Source: Octopus vulgaris (taxonomy: Eukaryota). Taken from it: a stretch of DNA of 64,000 nucleotides. Every line of letters starts with the position of its first letter. The stretch's first letter is position 1. Below, one piece after another: positions 12,530-26,990 of this stretch. The stretch lies in assembly GCA_951406725.2 (NCBI GenBank), contig OX597821.1:12958001-13022000 (forward strand), in the 5' to 3' direction. The notes beneath the pieces were generated by a model. The model saw only the letters and a list, made by a program, of their open reading frames with translations, made no database searches and was not told the DNA's origin. The translations under genes and the position numbers were made by a program.

Positions 12530-13650
12530 CACTTATGTACCGTGTATTTTCAAATATAAATCACAATTTGGTTTTGCCTGAAGCTGAAGATATTGAAGAA
12601 CACGCGGCCCAAGTAGTTCAGTACCTAGCTATCTGTTGGCATTTTAGGATCTACCACGAAATCACTGTTCGGTTTCACACTAGTTCAACGAATCTCTTGG
12701 ACGAAATTTAGCATTTTGATAACAAAGATACGTATTCCTTAACGGCTGAATCCACACATCTTTAGGTATCTAGTAATGTCAAGTACTATCGGCAGATATA
12801 GTACCGTTTCATTTCGTTTGACTATAGTGATGGGAATGCTATTATTGTTAAACCAGCTTCTTATACTGAAGCAAATCGTTCTCGTATATTTAACAAGATA
12901 TGAATGTATATTATCCATTCGGATTTCTTTTTCATATTCACAAAATAAAATGCTTAGCAGAGGTGAGCAGTGGCAGTATTATTGCAGAAGTTAGCCACTA
13001 AGAACTTAGTGCCCTTGTAATGAACTTCAGAAATTTTCTGCAATTTCTTCAATCGGTTGATATTCAGCAGTGAAAAAATGACCTGTATCGGGATAATTGC
13101 CGTGAATTTCCAGCTGCTTTCATAATACACAGCTTAGATTATTAGTGATCTCTGCTTCTCACGCCTTCGGACAAGAGAAAATAAAGATAACCATTATGTA
13201 ACAGTTCCTGCTTTCTGTACGTTATCATTTCCAAACTTATCAGTGTTCTGACGTCGATGACTAAATTGGTAAGCAAGTGGTGAAAGAGCTGTTCACTGCC
13301 TTATAATATTTCACTCGCAATGTGAGAAAGTTCACTAATGTATAGTCGTAATAATATCCTATCTGTTGATCAGTTTTCATATTTTGTATCTATTCACCTA
13401 ATTACGTTCAAAATACACCCTTATCACATAAGATTGATAACCTCCGAAATTTATTGTCCAAAATTGCAACGCTCTATACTTGTTCCTGAATATTAAAGCT
13501 ATTGAACTTATGATTAAAAGTTTTAATTTATTGCGGATATTTAGTCATCCCAGAAATCCAGTTAATACGAAACATTGTTTGGATGTTGTCGAACATTGTC
13601 CAAATCTACAGACCAACAACAATGGCAAGATTCAAGGTAAATATATTTGC

Positions 13651-13894
13651 GCCCTTTTTAAAGCCTAGCCAGGTTCATGGGCCCGGTTTCCCGGTTTCCA
13701 TGGCGTATGTGTTCCCCAGCTGGACGGGACGCCAGCCCATCGCAACGTTACTCATTTTTGCCAGCTGAGTGGACTAGAGCAACGTGAAATGAAGTGTTTT
13801 GCTCAAGAACACAACGCGTCGCTCGGCCCAGGAATCGAAACCACAATCTTACGATCATGTCTGACAACCTAACCACTAAGTCACGCGCCTCCAC
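13651..13894 (-). mobile_element. tRNA-derived SINE family R, body 2 (CORE-like) + tail C
   Basis: tRNA head, GTGTTCTTGAGCAAAACACTT body; 13-bp TSD TAAATATATTTGC (13638-13650 / 13895-13907). Confidence 0.9.
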
Positions 13895-15025
13895 TAAATA
13901 TATTTGCAGTAAACTTATTTTCGATAAAAAAAAGTAATTGTTAAGATGAACCTTTCTGTGTAGGACGAGATTGTATGCAGAAAGCAAAATATAATACATG
14001 TAGTAAGATCTGAATTTTAAGTTCGCGATGGCTATACAGGACGGTAGTTCAAGTCAAATTTCTCAAAATACAACTTGCAGTAATATTTCTTAAAAGGTTT
14101 GAGTAGATACCCCGGCAGCAAATTCTCTATCAGCTTACTTTCTGTATATGAGTCGCAGAAGAATGAAATGGTCAGTAGTTTCATTGACCAGAGCAGTGCA
14201 CGCAGTCATACAGATTCGTCACCAAACTGCAGTTTTCTGTATAGAAGCATAACTTAATGATAAATATTTTCACTGTTACACTTCAGTCTAAATTTACATG
14301 TTGCAAATCTCGTCATGATGTGTCGCCTTTATACCAGTCTACACGTAGTTACTAAGGCTTTATTGTCATGAAAGAATTATTTTTCTCATAATGTAATAAT
14401 ATTAAAATACCAGACGTTACTACTTTTGGTTCAGTTCATTATTGTGTAGGGGATATAGAAGTATTCCAATGTATGTGGTGTTATCATCACTTACGTGTGT
14501 TCAGGTTAACTACATTTTCTTAATTCTGTTTTCTTAAAATCTTCACTTCAGGCGATGTTTGCAATCAGAGAATAAGAAAACATATATGATAACAGTGGGC
14601 AACTTAAAAATAGCAATCAAATCTTCCTCAGATCCCAGGCTAAGAGCGTTAAGACTGGATATATTGGCTAGTGCTGTTTGAGCTGCACCTTCCCTAGGAA
14701 TTAGGCGGGACGGACATAGCTGGAATGCATTTTATCAAATGTCCATTGAATCAGGATTGAAGTGAGTCTAAACATCATCATCATCCATTTATAGTTATGT
14801 ATACTAAGCTAGCAATTATTAAGCATCTTCATCAAAGTGATAGGATATAATTAATGGCAGAGATCGAACTACTTACCAGTTGGCTGACATTCAACGTCAC
14901 AGTTCCATTTAATTTTAGGTTAATGTCAAGACCTGACTTATCTATCAAGGAATATTTCAAGCTATCTTGAAATTCGAACCATGTGAGATTTATATGGAAC
15001 AAGAATCAATACTCTGTATAAGATT

Positions 15026-15205
15026 AAGGCGGTGAGCTGGCACAGTCGGTAGCACCCCAGACAAAATGCTTAGCAGCATCTCGTCCGTCATTACGTTCTT
15101 AGTCCAAATATTTCGCTGATAAAATAAGTACTAGCTGAATATTGGGGGTCAATGTATTCGCCTTACCCCTCCACAAAATTGGTGGCCTAGTGTCATTTTG
15201 AAACT
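15026..15205 (+). mobile_element. SINE family M, internally deleted copy
   Basis: AAGGCGGTGAGCTGGCA head and GATAAAATAAGTAC..GGGGTC domain. Confidence 0.75.
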
Positions 15206-16299
15206 ACTGTACTGTGTAGACTTAAAAACAAAAAAAATAAATAAAACGCCAAACTTACAATTTAGTGTACCAACACTTTCCACTTAATATGTCTTAAAAG
15301 AGGATATATATTAAGAATCAAATCGATAGGCGTCACGCTATTACTTCATCCGTTTAGGTCATAAATCTCTCATTTTACAATATGTCTAAACAAAACAGAT
15401 TTACATTAACATAAATGTTTAACTCTCTTCTTGTATTCAAAAACAACAAGCTGTCATTTCAAACAGACATTGATTAAATAAGTTGTGGCACTTACGCTAG
15501 AATAAATTTAATTTAACCTTATCACGGCATACAGAGAATCTATTTATTCAGATTACGAGTTTTGTATCGGCAATATGTGTTTTTTTTCTTCTTCTGATTA
15601 TGTGCAACAGTGTTGAGTTGAGTAGTGTGTACATACGTAAGGCGCGAGGACCAGTGGTTAAATTGTTAGGATCACGAGTATAAAGTTACTGCCTAGTTCC
15701 CTCAGCTAAAATTACTATCAATCGAGTTCTGGTACAATCATTTCTTACTCCTGCTGTCAGGCTGGGTAAAAAAGGGAGTACTGATAGGGTACCTTTGTCT
15801 TTCTGTGACACTTAAACGAAAGCATAGGTTACCTCGATGGCAAGTGAAACCTGCGCGATTACACAGTATGAATGATGAGGATGATCCAGAAATAGACTTA
15901 AGATTGAATACTAATCTGTACAGCTACTAGCCGAGGAGTCACATCAGTGAATGGGGGTCGGTGCGCTGTAAAGTTATCGAAAGGAAGGTCACGCAACCGT
16001 GCACATTTTCTCCCGATAACCCTTGAAACCTACTGGCATCCGATATGCAAAGTTTGCCATTGACCTCACTTCTACAAGCAAGCTGTTTCTAAGTCTCATG
16101 CTATCAAGTCATAATCGCTTCAGAGTGACCGCTGTGGTTTTTAACATATTTTGGTGTAATTGAAGCTGGATATAAAGAGGTGAAATTGTGCTGGATTTAA
16201 TGAATGAAAGAAGAAGACTAAATGCTGGAAGCAACGATTGGATTAAGTATTTGTTGGCGCAGCCATGATGATATTTCATCGTATTCCATAAAGCATTGT

Positions 16300-16780
16300 G
16301 ATTGCACACAATCACGGATACGCTAATACATCAAATCAGGAAGGACGAACGTCAAGGTAGAACTAGGTTGGGTCGGATTAGAACTCAGAAGAATCAGAAG
16401 AGAAAGGACCAAAATAAATACCGAAAGCATTTTTTTGATGCTCTACCGTTTCTGGCAAAATACCATCCCTATATCCTTAACTAATAACTATTTACAATTT
16501 CAGCCCAAAGCTAGTAGATTTCAAGGGAGGATATGAGCCCCCAGAGCTTGATAATTAGTTTATTTCGTCATCAACTAAATGATGAAAGGCACAAAAGGCG
16601 TCAGCAGGATTGCAATTTATAACATAAGAAACGCCGAAACGAATCCTGCAGGGCATCTTTTCCGTTATTCTAACGATTCATTCAACAATTCACAGCGGTA
16701 ACAATATCGATTTCAAATTTTGGCAGAAGGCCAACATTGTCGGGATAGGCGATAAGTCGATTACATCGACCCCAGTATAA
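16300..16780 (-). mobile_element. Tandem degenerate SINE family M copies
   Basis: Repeated relics of GATGAAAGGC / GAACTCAGAA / TCGATTACATCGACCCCAG. Confidence 0.55.
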
Positions 16781-17307
16781 GAATATTACGTAATAAAAGT
16801 AAAGGGATTCTTTCATTTACAGACGTATATACATATATCAAGAGAAAATACTCATCTACCTACATTTTGGCGTATGATTTTGCTTCTCTGTGCGTTTGTG
16901 TATTCTTGTCGGATATCTTTCTATATTTGCACACATACATACATCAATCCAGCCAACAATCCATCCATATGTGGGTGGGGCCTGTGTGGATGGGATGCAT
17001 GTGTGTGTATGTGTGTTTGTGTCTGTATGTGTGTGTATATGCGTGCATGTGTATCCATGCGTGCGGGTGTGCTAATATAGAACAAATAAAATATTTAATA
17101 AAATGAAATATTTAATAAAATAAGTACCAGTTGATCACCGGGGTCGATATAATCGACTTACCCCAAAACATGCTGACCGTAGGCGAAAATTTGGAATCAA
17201 TATAGAAAGTCAGGGATTTATTCAAACGCTCGAACACATACATGTATCGATATATTGCTAGACAAATAGGGTAGCAGAGAGAGGAAGAGAGGGGGAAAGA
17301 GTGGAGG

Positions 17308-17338
<31 letters not shown>

Positions 17339-17405
17339 GAGAGAGAGGGAGGGAGAGAGAGGTGTAGTACTTCATAGCAATAATTGGGTATATTCTACTT
17401 TTGGT

Positions 17406-17734
17406 TCCCAGACCGGGCGTTGTTAGTGTTTATTGAGTGAAAACACCTAAAGCTCCACGAAGCTCCGGCAGGGATGGTGGTGACCCCTGCTGTACTCTTT
17501 CACCACAACTTTCTCTCACTCTTACTTCCTATTTCTGTTGTTTTACCTGTATTTCAAAGGGCCGGCCTTGTCACTCTCTTTGTCACGCTGAATATCCCCG
17601 AGAACTACGTTAAGGGTACACGTGTCTGTGGAGTGCTCAGCCACTTGCACGTTAATTTCACGAGCAGGCTGTTCCGTTGATCGGATCAACCGGAACCCTC
17701 GTCGTCGTAACCGACGGAGTGCTTCAATCCATCC
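17406..17734 (+). mobile_element. SINE family R, body 1 + tail A, 5'-truncated
   Basis: Near-identical to 12210-12529; TSD ACTTTTGGT (17397-17405 / 17735-17743). Confidence 0.9.
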
Positions 17735-18017
17735 ACTTTTGGTATACGTATGTGTGTGTGGCTGTGAGTGTGGATCAGTGTGTCTCTGCGCGTTTCAGTA
17801 GGACTACGCGTGCGTGTGTGACTGAATATTTCAGCTAACCATAGACATCATTTTCTGATGTTACAAAATCAAAAACACCAAAGAGACTTAAGACGGCATC
17901 AGTGTATGTAGAGTTGTATCTACATACATAAATATACATACATACAAACATACATACATACATAGTTATACACATCTACAAAACAAACCCACTCACTGAC
18001 ACACACACACAAACATG

Positions 18018-18074
<57 letters not shown>

Positions 18075-18419
18075 TTATGCATGCATACATCTGTAATATT
18101 CATCTATATTATATAATTCTTGAAGTACACTGTATTCATATATAGATGGGCAATATATATATATATATATATAAATATATTTATATATATACTTAAAAAT
18201 AGCACATATACAAACATAAATACATATCTACCTATCTTCCTATCTATTTACGAAACTCTGTGTGTATGGGTCTGCATTTGTGTGTGTGTGCTTACGTGTT
18301 GTATATGCATACATATATACATAGACAAATACAAATATACAAAACATACATAGAATGATACTTTGATAACAATATACACTTGTGGATTTGTCTATATGTA
18401 TGTATATATGTGTGTATAT

Positions 18420-18455
<36 letters not shown>

Positions 18456-18937
18456 GCGAGTCTATTCGATTCGTGTATGCAGCTATGCATCTATGTATGT
18501 AACTATGTAAGCATTTATGTATAGATATATTAATGCATGTATATAAATTTGTGTGTGCGTGTATGTATGTGTGTATGTTTGTGTACCTGTGTGTGTGTGT
18601 GTATATGTGTGTGCGCGAGCGCGCTGATATACGTATACATTAACAAGCGGACATCTGTATAAATACGCGTGTATGAAATTTATCAATTGATTAGAAGATC
18701 TGTCACGCAAGATTGCTACAGAATTCTTCATGGCCGTTAAACTAAAAGTATTTGTGTTTAATCTTCGTTCGTAGCGCTCAATTTAATTCTTATTCATCTA
18801 ATAATTCCCGGATCCTTTGAGAAATGACTCGTGCAAAGCTTTGGATGTCCAGGAAGCTCTTGGTCACGTAGAGTGTGGGAAAGAGTATGGACATTTCTGT
18901 CAGAATGATAGATGTAGCATAATAGCCGAGAAAATTT

Positions 18938-19235
18938 ATGAATGATTCGCAACAGACTGTGATTATAAATAACAAGAACATAAACAGCGTTAGCAACAGC
19001 AGAAACAACAACAGCAATAACAATGGCTGCAAAAATAACAACGCTGCAATATACAACTGGTATCTCCACGATCGTATCAACACTACCAAGAACAGTAAAA
19101 GTAGCAGGCATGTCTGCAACCCTGATAGCTACCAACTTTTGCTACAGATTGTAATACTTATGTTGACGACCTCCTGTGAGTCACAGCAAAGAAGGTGCAT
19201 TGTAGTGAAAGATCAAAAACATCTGTTGATGCGTG
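18938..19235 (+). CDS. Candidate first coding exon of a host secreted or membrane protein (Asn-rich leader + signal-peptide-like segment)
   Basis: Unique sequence. ATG at 18938; peptide ends ...YQLLLQIVILMLTTSCES|QQRRCIVVKDQKHLLMR; possible donor GTTGGT at 19236 followed by T-rich intron-like sequence; TATAAATA at 18658. No homolog recognised. Confidence 0.4.
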
Positions 19236-20098
19236 GTTGGTGGTGTGTGGTTATGCGAGCAATAAATACATCGACTGTTTTTTCGTTTATTTTTTTTTTG
19301 GGGGGGGGGGGTCTTGTTTTTTTCCATTTCTTTTCTTTTTTCAGTAACGTGGCTACGACGTTTTTCAGTGATTCTGAGATTTACCCTAATGCTTGCAACA
19401 TACCGGAGATTACTAAAGTAACTTAAAATGCCAGGTGGGGACCTATATATAAATATGTCTATTCGATTCCTTTACACGGCGAAATCTGGTCGGTATTTAA
19501 GCGATTTACTCCTAGACAACTGATGTCAACCCTTAGATATACATATATATAACATTACCTACTTGTTTACAGAGATGCATTCGGTTACGAAACGTCTTAA
19601 CCGGCAGTGCTGGCTCTGAATTCTGTACAAGAAATATAGAAAAATAAACTTTAAAATGGTGATGGATTTTCTACGGCGCAAGAATGTCCTGGCAGAATTT
19701 GAAGCTATAAAGCAAAGAACTGCAGCAATAATCGAAAGAGGTCTGCCACAGAATAGTGTCCTTTATATGTGCACAAAAAGAGTAAAGTAAATTTGCCTTC
19801 GGTATTCAACTCAAGGCTCAGAGTTTCGGCATAAATATGGCGAATCATTCTATCTGACATTTGAACTAACCTACCACTTCGTCATAACGTTCGATCTTTA
19901 TGGATACATGCCAAGCTGAGTTACTGTTGCCATAACAGTCAGGCTCATAACTCATTTTTAACACCTGGTAATGAATTTTTTCCAAGTACTCGCAAAGATA
20001 TTGTTATGTGCTGGTGACAACATGGTCATCAGGAGATCGGCGAAATTTCATTGCAGACTAGAGGCAAGAAAGGTGACGTTATCGAGCAGATTGTAGAC

Positions 20099-20423
20099 CA
20101 GGGATTTTCAAGCATGTTTTATCTTTGGGCCCCTCTTTTATTCTGATGGACCCCCATAGCCATTCGATGTTTAAAAACTTGATTTCTACGTACTTCTTTG
20201 AAAATTTAGATTTTGTTTTTAGCATATTAACTTATATAGATTGAACTATTGTGAATGTTAGACAGATAAACCTGACTGTTTCTTGCAATATATATCAATA
20301 CATACATCTCAACTAAAATTAAAATTCTATTGTGGATCCCCAATTTCCTATTTTGTTGCGTGGGCCGCCAAAAATGTTATACGAATGCTTGGGAGCCATA
20401 TGACTCTCAGTTGAGAACTACTG
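20099..20423. mobile_element. hAT/Charlie-like non-autonomous DNA transposon
   Basis: Imperfect TIRs CAGGGATTTTCAA / TTGAGAACTACTG with degenerate 8-bp flanks (TTGTAGAC / TTCAAGAA). Confidence 0.6.
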
Positions 20424-20739
20424 TTCAAGAAAAACACGAAGCTCCATTGAACAGAATATTCCAGATAATTTTCGGCTCACAGACATGACCGGGCAGTAGT
20501 AAAAGCTAATGCCGATTTAGCATAAATTCTGCAGGCACGGTATCCTCGGCAGTTGATCTTGTCGGAGATTACGCGCAAGGCGTATCAGCTGTTCTGCATC
20601 ACCACATTCTGCGCATAAGCATTGCTAAGATGTAGTGTAATGGCCAACAAGTGTTATCGCTTGCAACTTTGATGCGGCAATTAAACGAATCCAGTGTGTA
20701 ATTACATCGTGCTTTTAAGCACCCCACATTATATGTGAG

Positions 20740-20910
20740 TGCGTGTGTGTGGCTGTGTGGTAAGAAGCTTGCTTCTGAAACTGCATTGTTCCGGGTTTAG
20801 TCCCATCGCGTCACATCTTAGGTAAGTGATTTCAACCATTGTCTCAGGCCGACAATAATACCTTGTAAGTGGATTTGGTAGATGGAAACTGAGAGAATCA
20901 CGATATATAT
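20740..20910 (+). mobile_element. SINE family K, 5' half
   Basis: TGGCTGTGTGGTAAGAAGCTTGCTT...GTGGATTTGGTAGATGGAAACTG, homologous to 58135-58532. Confidence 0.8.
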
Positions 20911-21149
20911 ATATACATTTATGTATGTGTGTCTAGTCGTATTTCGTTTATTTATACATTTTGAGTTCAATCTCTGCCGACTGCAACCTAGGTCAGCCCA
21001 ATTCTCCCCTGGTCGACTTTGCCTTTGATCTTTCCAGATTTGATAAATAACGTACCAGAACGCTGAGGCGTCCTAATCAACTTATCACATTCCCCGAAAT
21101 GGCTGGGCTTTTGCTAAAATTTGAAACTAATATTATTAGGAATTATGTA

Positions 21150-21280
21150 AAAAAAAAATAAATAAAAATTCAAATGTTTTGTGATTTGTAAAATTAAAAC
21201 AATTTTGTTGCACATAAATTTTAACAACAATATATTTCCAGTTCTATCCTTCTGATATGGACCCCGGTTAAGAACCACTG
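21150..21280. mobile_element. hAT/Charlie-like element end
   Basis: GGACCCCGGTTAAGAACCACTG terminus (reverse complement CAGTGGTTCTTAACC). Confidence 0.5.
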
Positions 21281-21292
21281 CTGTATACTTGT

Positions 21293-21545
21293 GTAGGTGC
21301 ATTGTTTAGTGATTAGCGTGTTGGACTCATGATCGTAAAATTGTAGTTTCCATACCTGGACCGGGTGACGCGTTGTGTTCTTGAGCAAAACACTTTTTAT
21401 GTTGTTCCGGTCCACTTAGCTGGCAAAAGTGAGTAATCCTGCGATGGACTGGCGTCTCGTCCAGGTGGGCAATTTATATACCATGGAAACCGGGCAGCCG
21501 GCTCTCATGAATCGGTATGACCCGAGAAGGTAACTTTTAACTTTT
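21293..21545 (+). mobile_element. SINE family R, body 2 + tail C (diverged)
   Basis: GTTGTGTTCTTGAGCAAAACACTT body followed by CCTGCGATGGACTGGCGTCTCGTCCAG...GAAACCGGG tail. Confidence 0.85.
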
Positions 21546-22120
21546 TTTTTTTTTTTTTGCTGCCCTATACTGCATCGAACAACACATAACAAAGGATAAA
21601 TTGGACAATATAATAATACCTAATATAAAAAAAAAATATGGAATAATCACAGCTGAAATGTCAGGTGTATTAGTTTAACATTTGGGAATGTCGTTCAACG
21701 TAGCATTCCTTGTTCAGGTTCGACTTGGTGCTAATCAACAGCAACAACACTACTAGTAACTTTGGTATAGCTTTCATAATTCGTCTAATGGGAAATGAAA
21801 ATTTACTTTCATTTACGATTCTTATTTAATAATTGCAGGCATTAACGCTGAAAGCCTCTCTCACTCACACTTTCTCCATCCTCTTTCTCTCTCCTTCTTT
21901 CTTTCGCCCTCTCTGCTTCTGTCTCTTTATCTCCTTCTTCGTCTCGTTTTTTCCCTCTTTCTCCGTTTCGTTTTTCCTTATATATTAGTTCGTTCGAAAT
22001 ATAAAGAAATAAATTTGCGTGACAGACACCAGCAACTGATCTAACTATAACAAATCATATATTGAAATCTCAGACAGCTTAATGTGTGTTTATACCTGTG
22101 GTGTGTTCGCACATACATAC

Positions 22121-22197
<77 letters not shown>

Positions 22198-22392
22198 CAT
22201 ATATATATGCATATACATATATACACGTACATATGCATACGTACCTTCATTCATTCCTGGCCACTTTTGACAACAATATATATAACATAAATATACGAGT
22301 AAGAATTATTGAATAATTATTTACCAGTGGCTAGTATGCGTAATAAGAATCAGAGGACATTTTTCTTTTAAATAATAGTGTATGAAACATAA

Positions 22393-22706
22393 ACGAAGAG
22401 AAAGCCACTACGTGGATTTCTTACGTGCTAAAACTGGCAGTCAAAGTGTATTCTTATATTAAAGCACGTTGATTTATACTGATGAGCTACGGATGATTAA
22501 ATAACCAATTAATTAGCTTGTTACATGATTCATTTGGTCAGTAATAGGGAACCGTATAAGTATAAGGTTTACTATATTTTATTCACTCAAATGTCTTGCT
22601 TTCGCATAAATCAACATGATTTAATGTAAGAATATTCTTTTGTGGTTTTAGGCTTTGACTACCACTTTTACCATGTAAGAAATCCACGTGGTGGTTGTCT
22701 GTTCGT
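22393..22706. mobile_element. MITE-like element with ~55-bp imperfect TIRs
   Basis: ACGAAGAGAAAGCCACTACGTGGATTTCTTACGTGCTAAAACTGGCAGTCAAAG is the inverted counterpart of 22653-22706. Confidence 0.75.
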
Positions 22707-22757
22707 GTACGTTCCCTTCTCTGTTTATTTTTTGTTGTTTCTGTTTATTTTCTCGAG

Positions 22758-22797
22758 TTTCTTTCTGCTGAAAAGCGTAGGCTCGAAACGCAAAAGA
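22758..22797 (+). ncRNA. Degenerate hammerhead-like motif in a Penelope-like pLTR relic (~22710-22885)
   Basis: TCTTT-CTGCTGA-A-AAGC(GTAG)GCTC-GAAAC-GC-AAAAGA; the core has a substitution at the conserved A6, so this copy is probably inactive. Confidence 0.45.
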
Positions 22798-22903
22798 CTT
22801 TCTCACCTTCCCAAATGTTAAACTAATACACCTGTTTGTTGTTTACACACTTGTCTTCGTCCTTTTTTCTTTGTAAATTTCCGCTATATATATATATCTA
22901 TGT

Positions 22904-22966
<63 letters not shown>

Positions 22967-23143
22967 TGCATAGATAGACATATAGATAGATAGATAAAAC
23001 TTACTTGGAAGAGGATGTGTCGCGTTCAATCATATAATAATATAAATAATATATATATGTGCATATATACATACGTATATGTACTTACTTATATCTATGC
23101 GTATACATATATATATATATATATGAGTGTGTGTTATTTGTAT

Positions 23144-23181
<38 letters not shown>

Positions 23182-23204
23182 AATATGTATAAGTAACAGT
23201 TGGT

Positions 23205-23450
23205 AGATAGGTGTGAATCAATTGTAGCCGTTCCTAACGAATTATTGAACTGATCAATGTGTACATTATATCATTACAGAAAACCGTTTTCAATAAATAT
23301 ATGAATTGTATAATAAAAGACATTATTTTAACTGATGGTATGTTTCGAGTATTCATCTGAAGAAAACATTTTTTTATAATGACATAATGTACATATTGAT
23401 CAATTGAAAAATTCGTTAGAAACGGTTATAATGAATTGACACCTGTCCAT
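23205..23450. repeat. Foldback/MITE-like long inverted repeat (~88-bp arms)
   Basis: 23205-23292 (AGGTGTGAATCAATTGTAGCCGTTCCTAACGAATT...) is an imperfect reverse complement of 23360-23450. Confidence 0.8.
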
Positions 23451-23474
23451 TATTTATTACTTATATATTTATAA

Positions 23475-23871
23475 CTAGCAGTATCGCCCGGCGTTGCTCG
23501 GGTTTGTAAGGGAAATAACTATATAAGTACTTTTAGAGAGTTATAGCCAAAACATAGCAAACAAATGCATTAAGAATGGAAAAAAAGTGATGGTAAGTTT
23601 TTTTTTTAATCGTTGACTCACCGTAGACATTTTTAGAGAGTTACTTCCCTTATATAATAGCGAAAAAATGCATTAAAATGGAAAAAAATGATGGTAAATT
23701 TTTTTTAAATCGTAGACTCATCGTAGACGCGCGCTAATACCCAGAAGGGCTCGATATGAATCACGACTATAAGATACCCGGCTTTGGTTAAACTGCACCG
23801 CAAAATGTGGGAGTAGTTAGGAATCTAAATCGGAGGAGACAGACACACAACTTGACTTTTATATATAAAGA
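23475..23871 (-). mobile_element. Non-autonomous Helitron (~397 bp)
   Basis: 5'-TC...CCCGAGCAACGCCGGG...CTAG-3' with A|T insertion site; near-identical to 49305-49702. Confidence 0.92.
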
Positions 23872-24437
23872 TTTACTTATCTCGGAACATGTCCTTCTCA
23901 TACTTCGAAGTATTAAAAGGTAAATGTCGTAATAGCTCAAGCTCGGATTATATACTCGTCTAGGTCCAGTTAACGGAATACATTACCCGAATATCTTACT
24001 GATAGTACTCCTGCACCAAGGTTGGTATTCATGTAAATTTTGTGGTGTGTGCGTTTTATTCCGAGCTAACCAGTTGCCTCAAATTTAAGTACCTTATTCA
24101 ACTGAATCTATTTATATGTGTGTGTGTGTGAGTGAGTGTGTATTTGCGTGTGCGTGCGTGTATGTTTACGAGTGTGTTTGTGTGTGTGTATTTGTGCGTG
24201 TTATGTGTACAGAAAATAGATGAGAGCGAAAATGCTCAGCATTACAAACGTGTTGTAGTGCTCAAATGGATTTATACTCCGAATACTTCCTCCAGTAGTT
24301 AGTCCTTGGCAAGAAAATGGACTATAAGAGGACATTCATGGCCGATTCATATGGCGGTTATGATGCAGATAAACGCAATTAGGTTTTATACATGCATGTA
24401 TACGTACATAAATACATACATGCCTACACAAGAACAT

Positions 24438-24850
<413 letters not shown>

Positions 24851-24884
24851 TATATATATATATATATATATACGAGGGAAATAT

Positions 24885-25100
24885 ACGAGGGAAAGTAAAA
24901 ACTTAACCACACTTTCGCCATAACATCTTTATTATTGTCACACTGCCTTCTGCGCATGCGTGCTTATAGTTAGTACTATTGTGGCCATTTTGTCTTTCTG
25001 GATTTGCAGTGTAATCACGGCAACTCCGCTAGTAATGTGCACCAAAGTAGAACAAAGATCAGTGATTCAAATTCTCTGGTCCGAATGTGTGTCAGCTAAT
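24885..25100 (+). mobile_element. Mariner 5' end fragment
   Basis: TA-CGAGGG TIR start, then transposase N-terminus ATPLVMCTKVEQRSVIQ.LWSECV. Confidence 0.65.
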
Positions 25101-26956
25101 TGTATTTTATTTGCAAAATTATGAGAGTGGAATTGAGATTTTAGGGACACTATTCTTTGAAAGATGGAGTTGAATAAAATATAACTAACAACCACTGGAC
25201 CTTGCTAAGCCACACATTTTCACTCCATCCTCCCTCCAGGACATCTTTATTCATGTAAAAATCCTTTTATGATACTGTGTTCTTTTCACAGTCGAAAATT
25301 TCCTGCTGTTCAAGGACAGTAACTAGATTGATATCGGGTTTTGTAGAGTTTGCGGAGGCCTTGATCATATTTAGTAGTTACAAGTTATAAGAAGTGAAGA
25401 ACACTACATTTATGGCGACTGTCTCTGACTTCAAAGTCCCTTCCAGCCGAAAAAAAAATGTTATATGAAGCTCATCATAGTATTAATCCAACTCGTTTAT
25501 AATCATTCCATTAGGTATTAATTCATCGTTCAAAAGATTTCCTTCTGTTCTTGGATTTTACTTTAAAAGCAGCGGTGATAAATTACACGCTATTAGATTT
25601 ACGAAATGTTGAAATTTCAGATCTTTAGATGTATATCAATATATTTTGTTTTATTTTATTTCATACGTTTCATACTAAATCGATAATTCCTTTGCTTCTC
25701 TGCTTCGTTAACGCAAGAATTCCTTGATATCCTGTACAGACGTAGAATGTGTTCAGCGGAACAGATTGCATAGATTCTCACCGTGTTTTCATTTTAACCA
25801 GTCAAGAGTAAGTCCATTCCCTCTCTATCATTTCCTAAATTGTTATCAACGCCCTACTTATTACTACAATTTAGAAATCTACCTCTGTATATTTTTAGCA
25901 CTCAGTCAACTTAATAGTATCGATATTTTTCACTCCCCCTCTCTCTCGCTATCCGTCTCCTCTCTCTCTCCCTCTCTCTCTCTCTCGCATGCATATATAT
26001 CCATACATATGTGTGTCAATGTGTCTGTGTAAATCTGTGTGTCTGTGCGCGCATGCGTGCGTGTGTTTTCAGCGCTTCACTAATATCGCTTGTTAAATAC
26101 TGTTCTGCAAATTCTTCGTTTCTTTCCAGTGGAGAGATGACATCTGACACGAGTCTGTCTTACAGAATATCTAATGCAGTTAAACCTCTAAATGTGTCTT
26201 TACGCATATCTTTCTTAATCTACTCTCGTCATATTTCTCTTCTTCGAATACTTCTCTTTTTCCTTCCATTTTCAACTATCTTAATTTTATTTATTTCATT
26301 TCATTTGCTTAATTCTTACCGTCATCTGCTTCTTCGAAATACTATATTTTTATAGTTCTTGTTTTTTTAATACATATTTTCTTTACATTGTCTCTATATT
26401 TTCATTCTTTTCCATAATTCTTACCTTCATTTACCTCTCTCCTTTCTTCATTCCTACATCCATGCCACGGCTAAACTTATCGTAATGCATACGCCTTACT
26501 GCATAATACGTCATATAAATGTTAATAGACCTTACAGGCACAAGTCAGGAGACAAAGATGGTGGGGACACGTCAAGTCTGCTGACAAAGGTCAAATCGTC
26601 GCTCCATCTATTGACAGGTAAATAGGTTACAGATTAGGACTGCATTACAAAGCACCTGTCATTCCATTTACTCAGATACTATAAAATGTTTCTGCTACAT
26701 TTGCTTTACTGTTTCATGTCTTCATGGTAAGTCGTCGGTCACTTAACACCGATGGAATAGATCTTCCATTATTCTTAAATGTTCCAAAGTGGCACTAATA
26801 ATATTTCGAAGAATGAAGATTCGCAGGAACAGTAAAGTCTCGAAAAAGATATATATATACTTAGATTCTGACATCAAATCAAATGCATTCAAGTTTTCGG
26901 TCAGGACAAAAGGTATAAACAGTCGAATACAGACACTATGTATGTATGTATGTACG

Positions 26957-26990
<34 letters not shown>

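Noticed and set aside
18790-19119. Minus-strand hydrophobic 109-aa ORF
   Set aside because: Its hydrophobicity comes from the antisense of (AAC)n; the plus-strand interpretation is better supported.
22478-22505. CTGATGAG motif
   Set aside because: There is no downstream stem II/GAAA, so it is probably a chance match.
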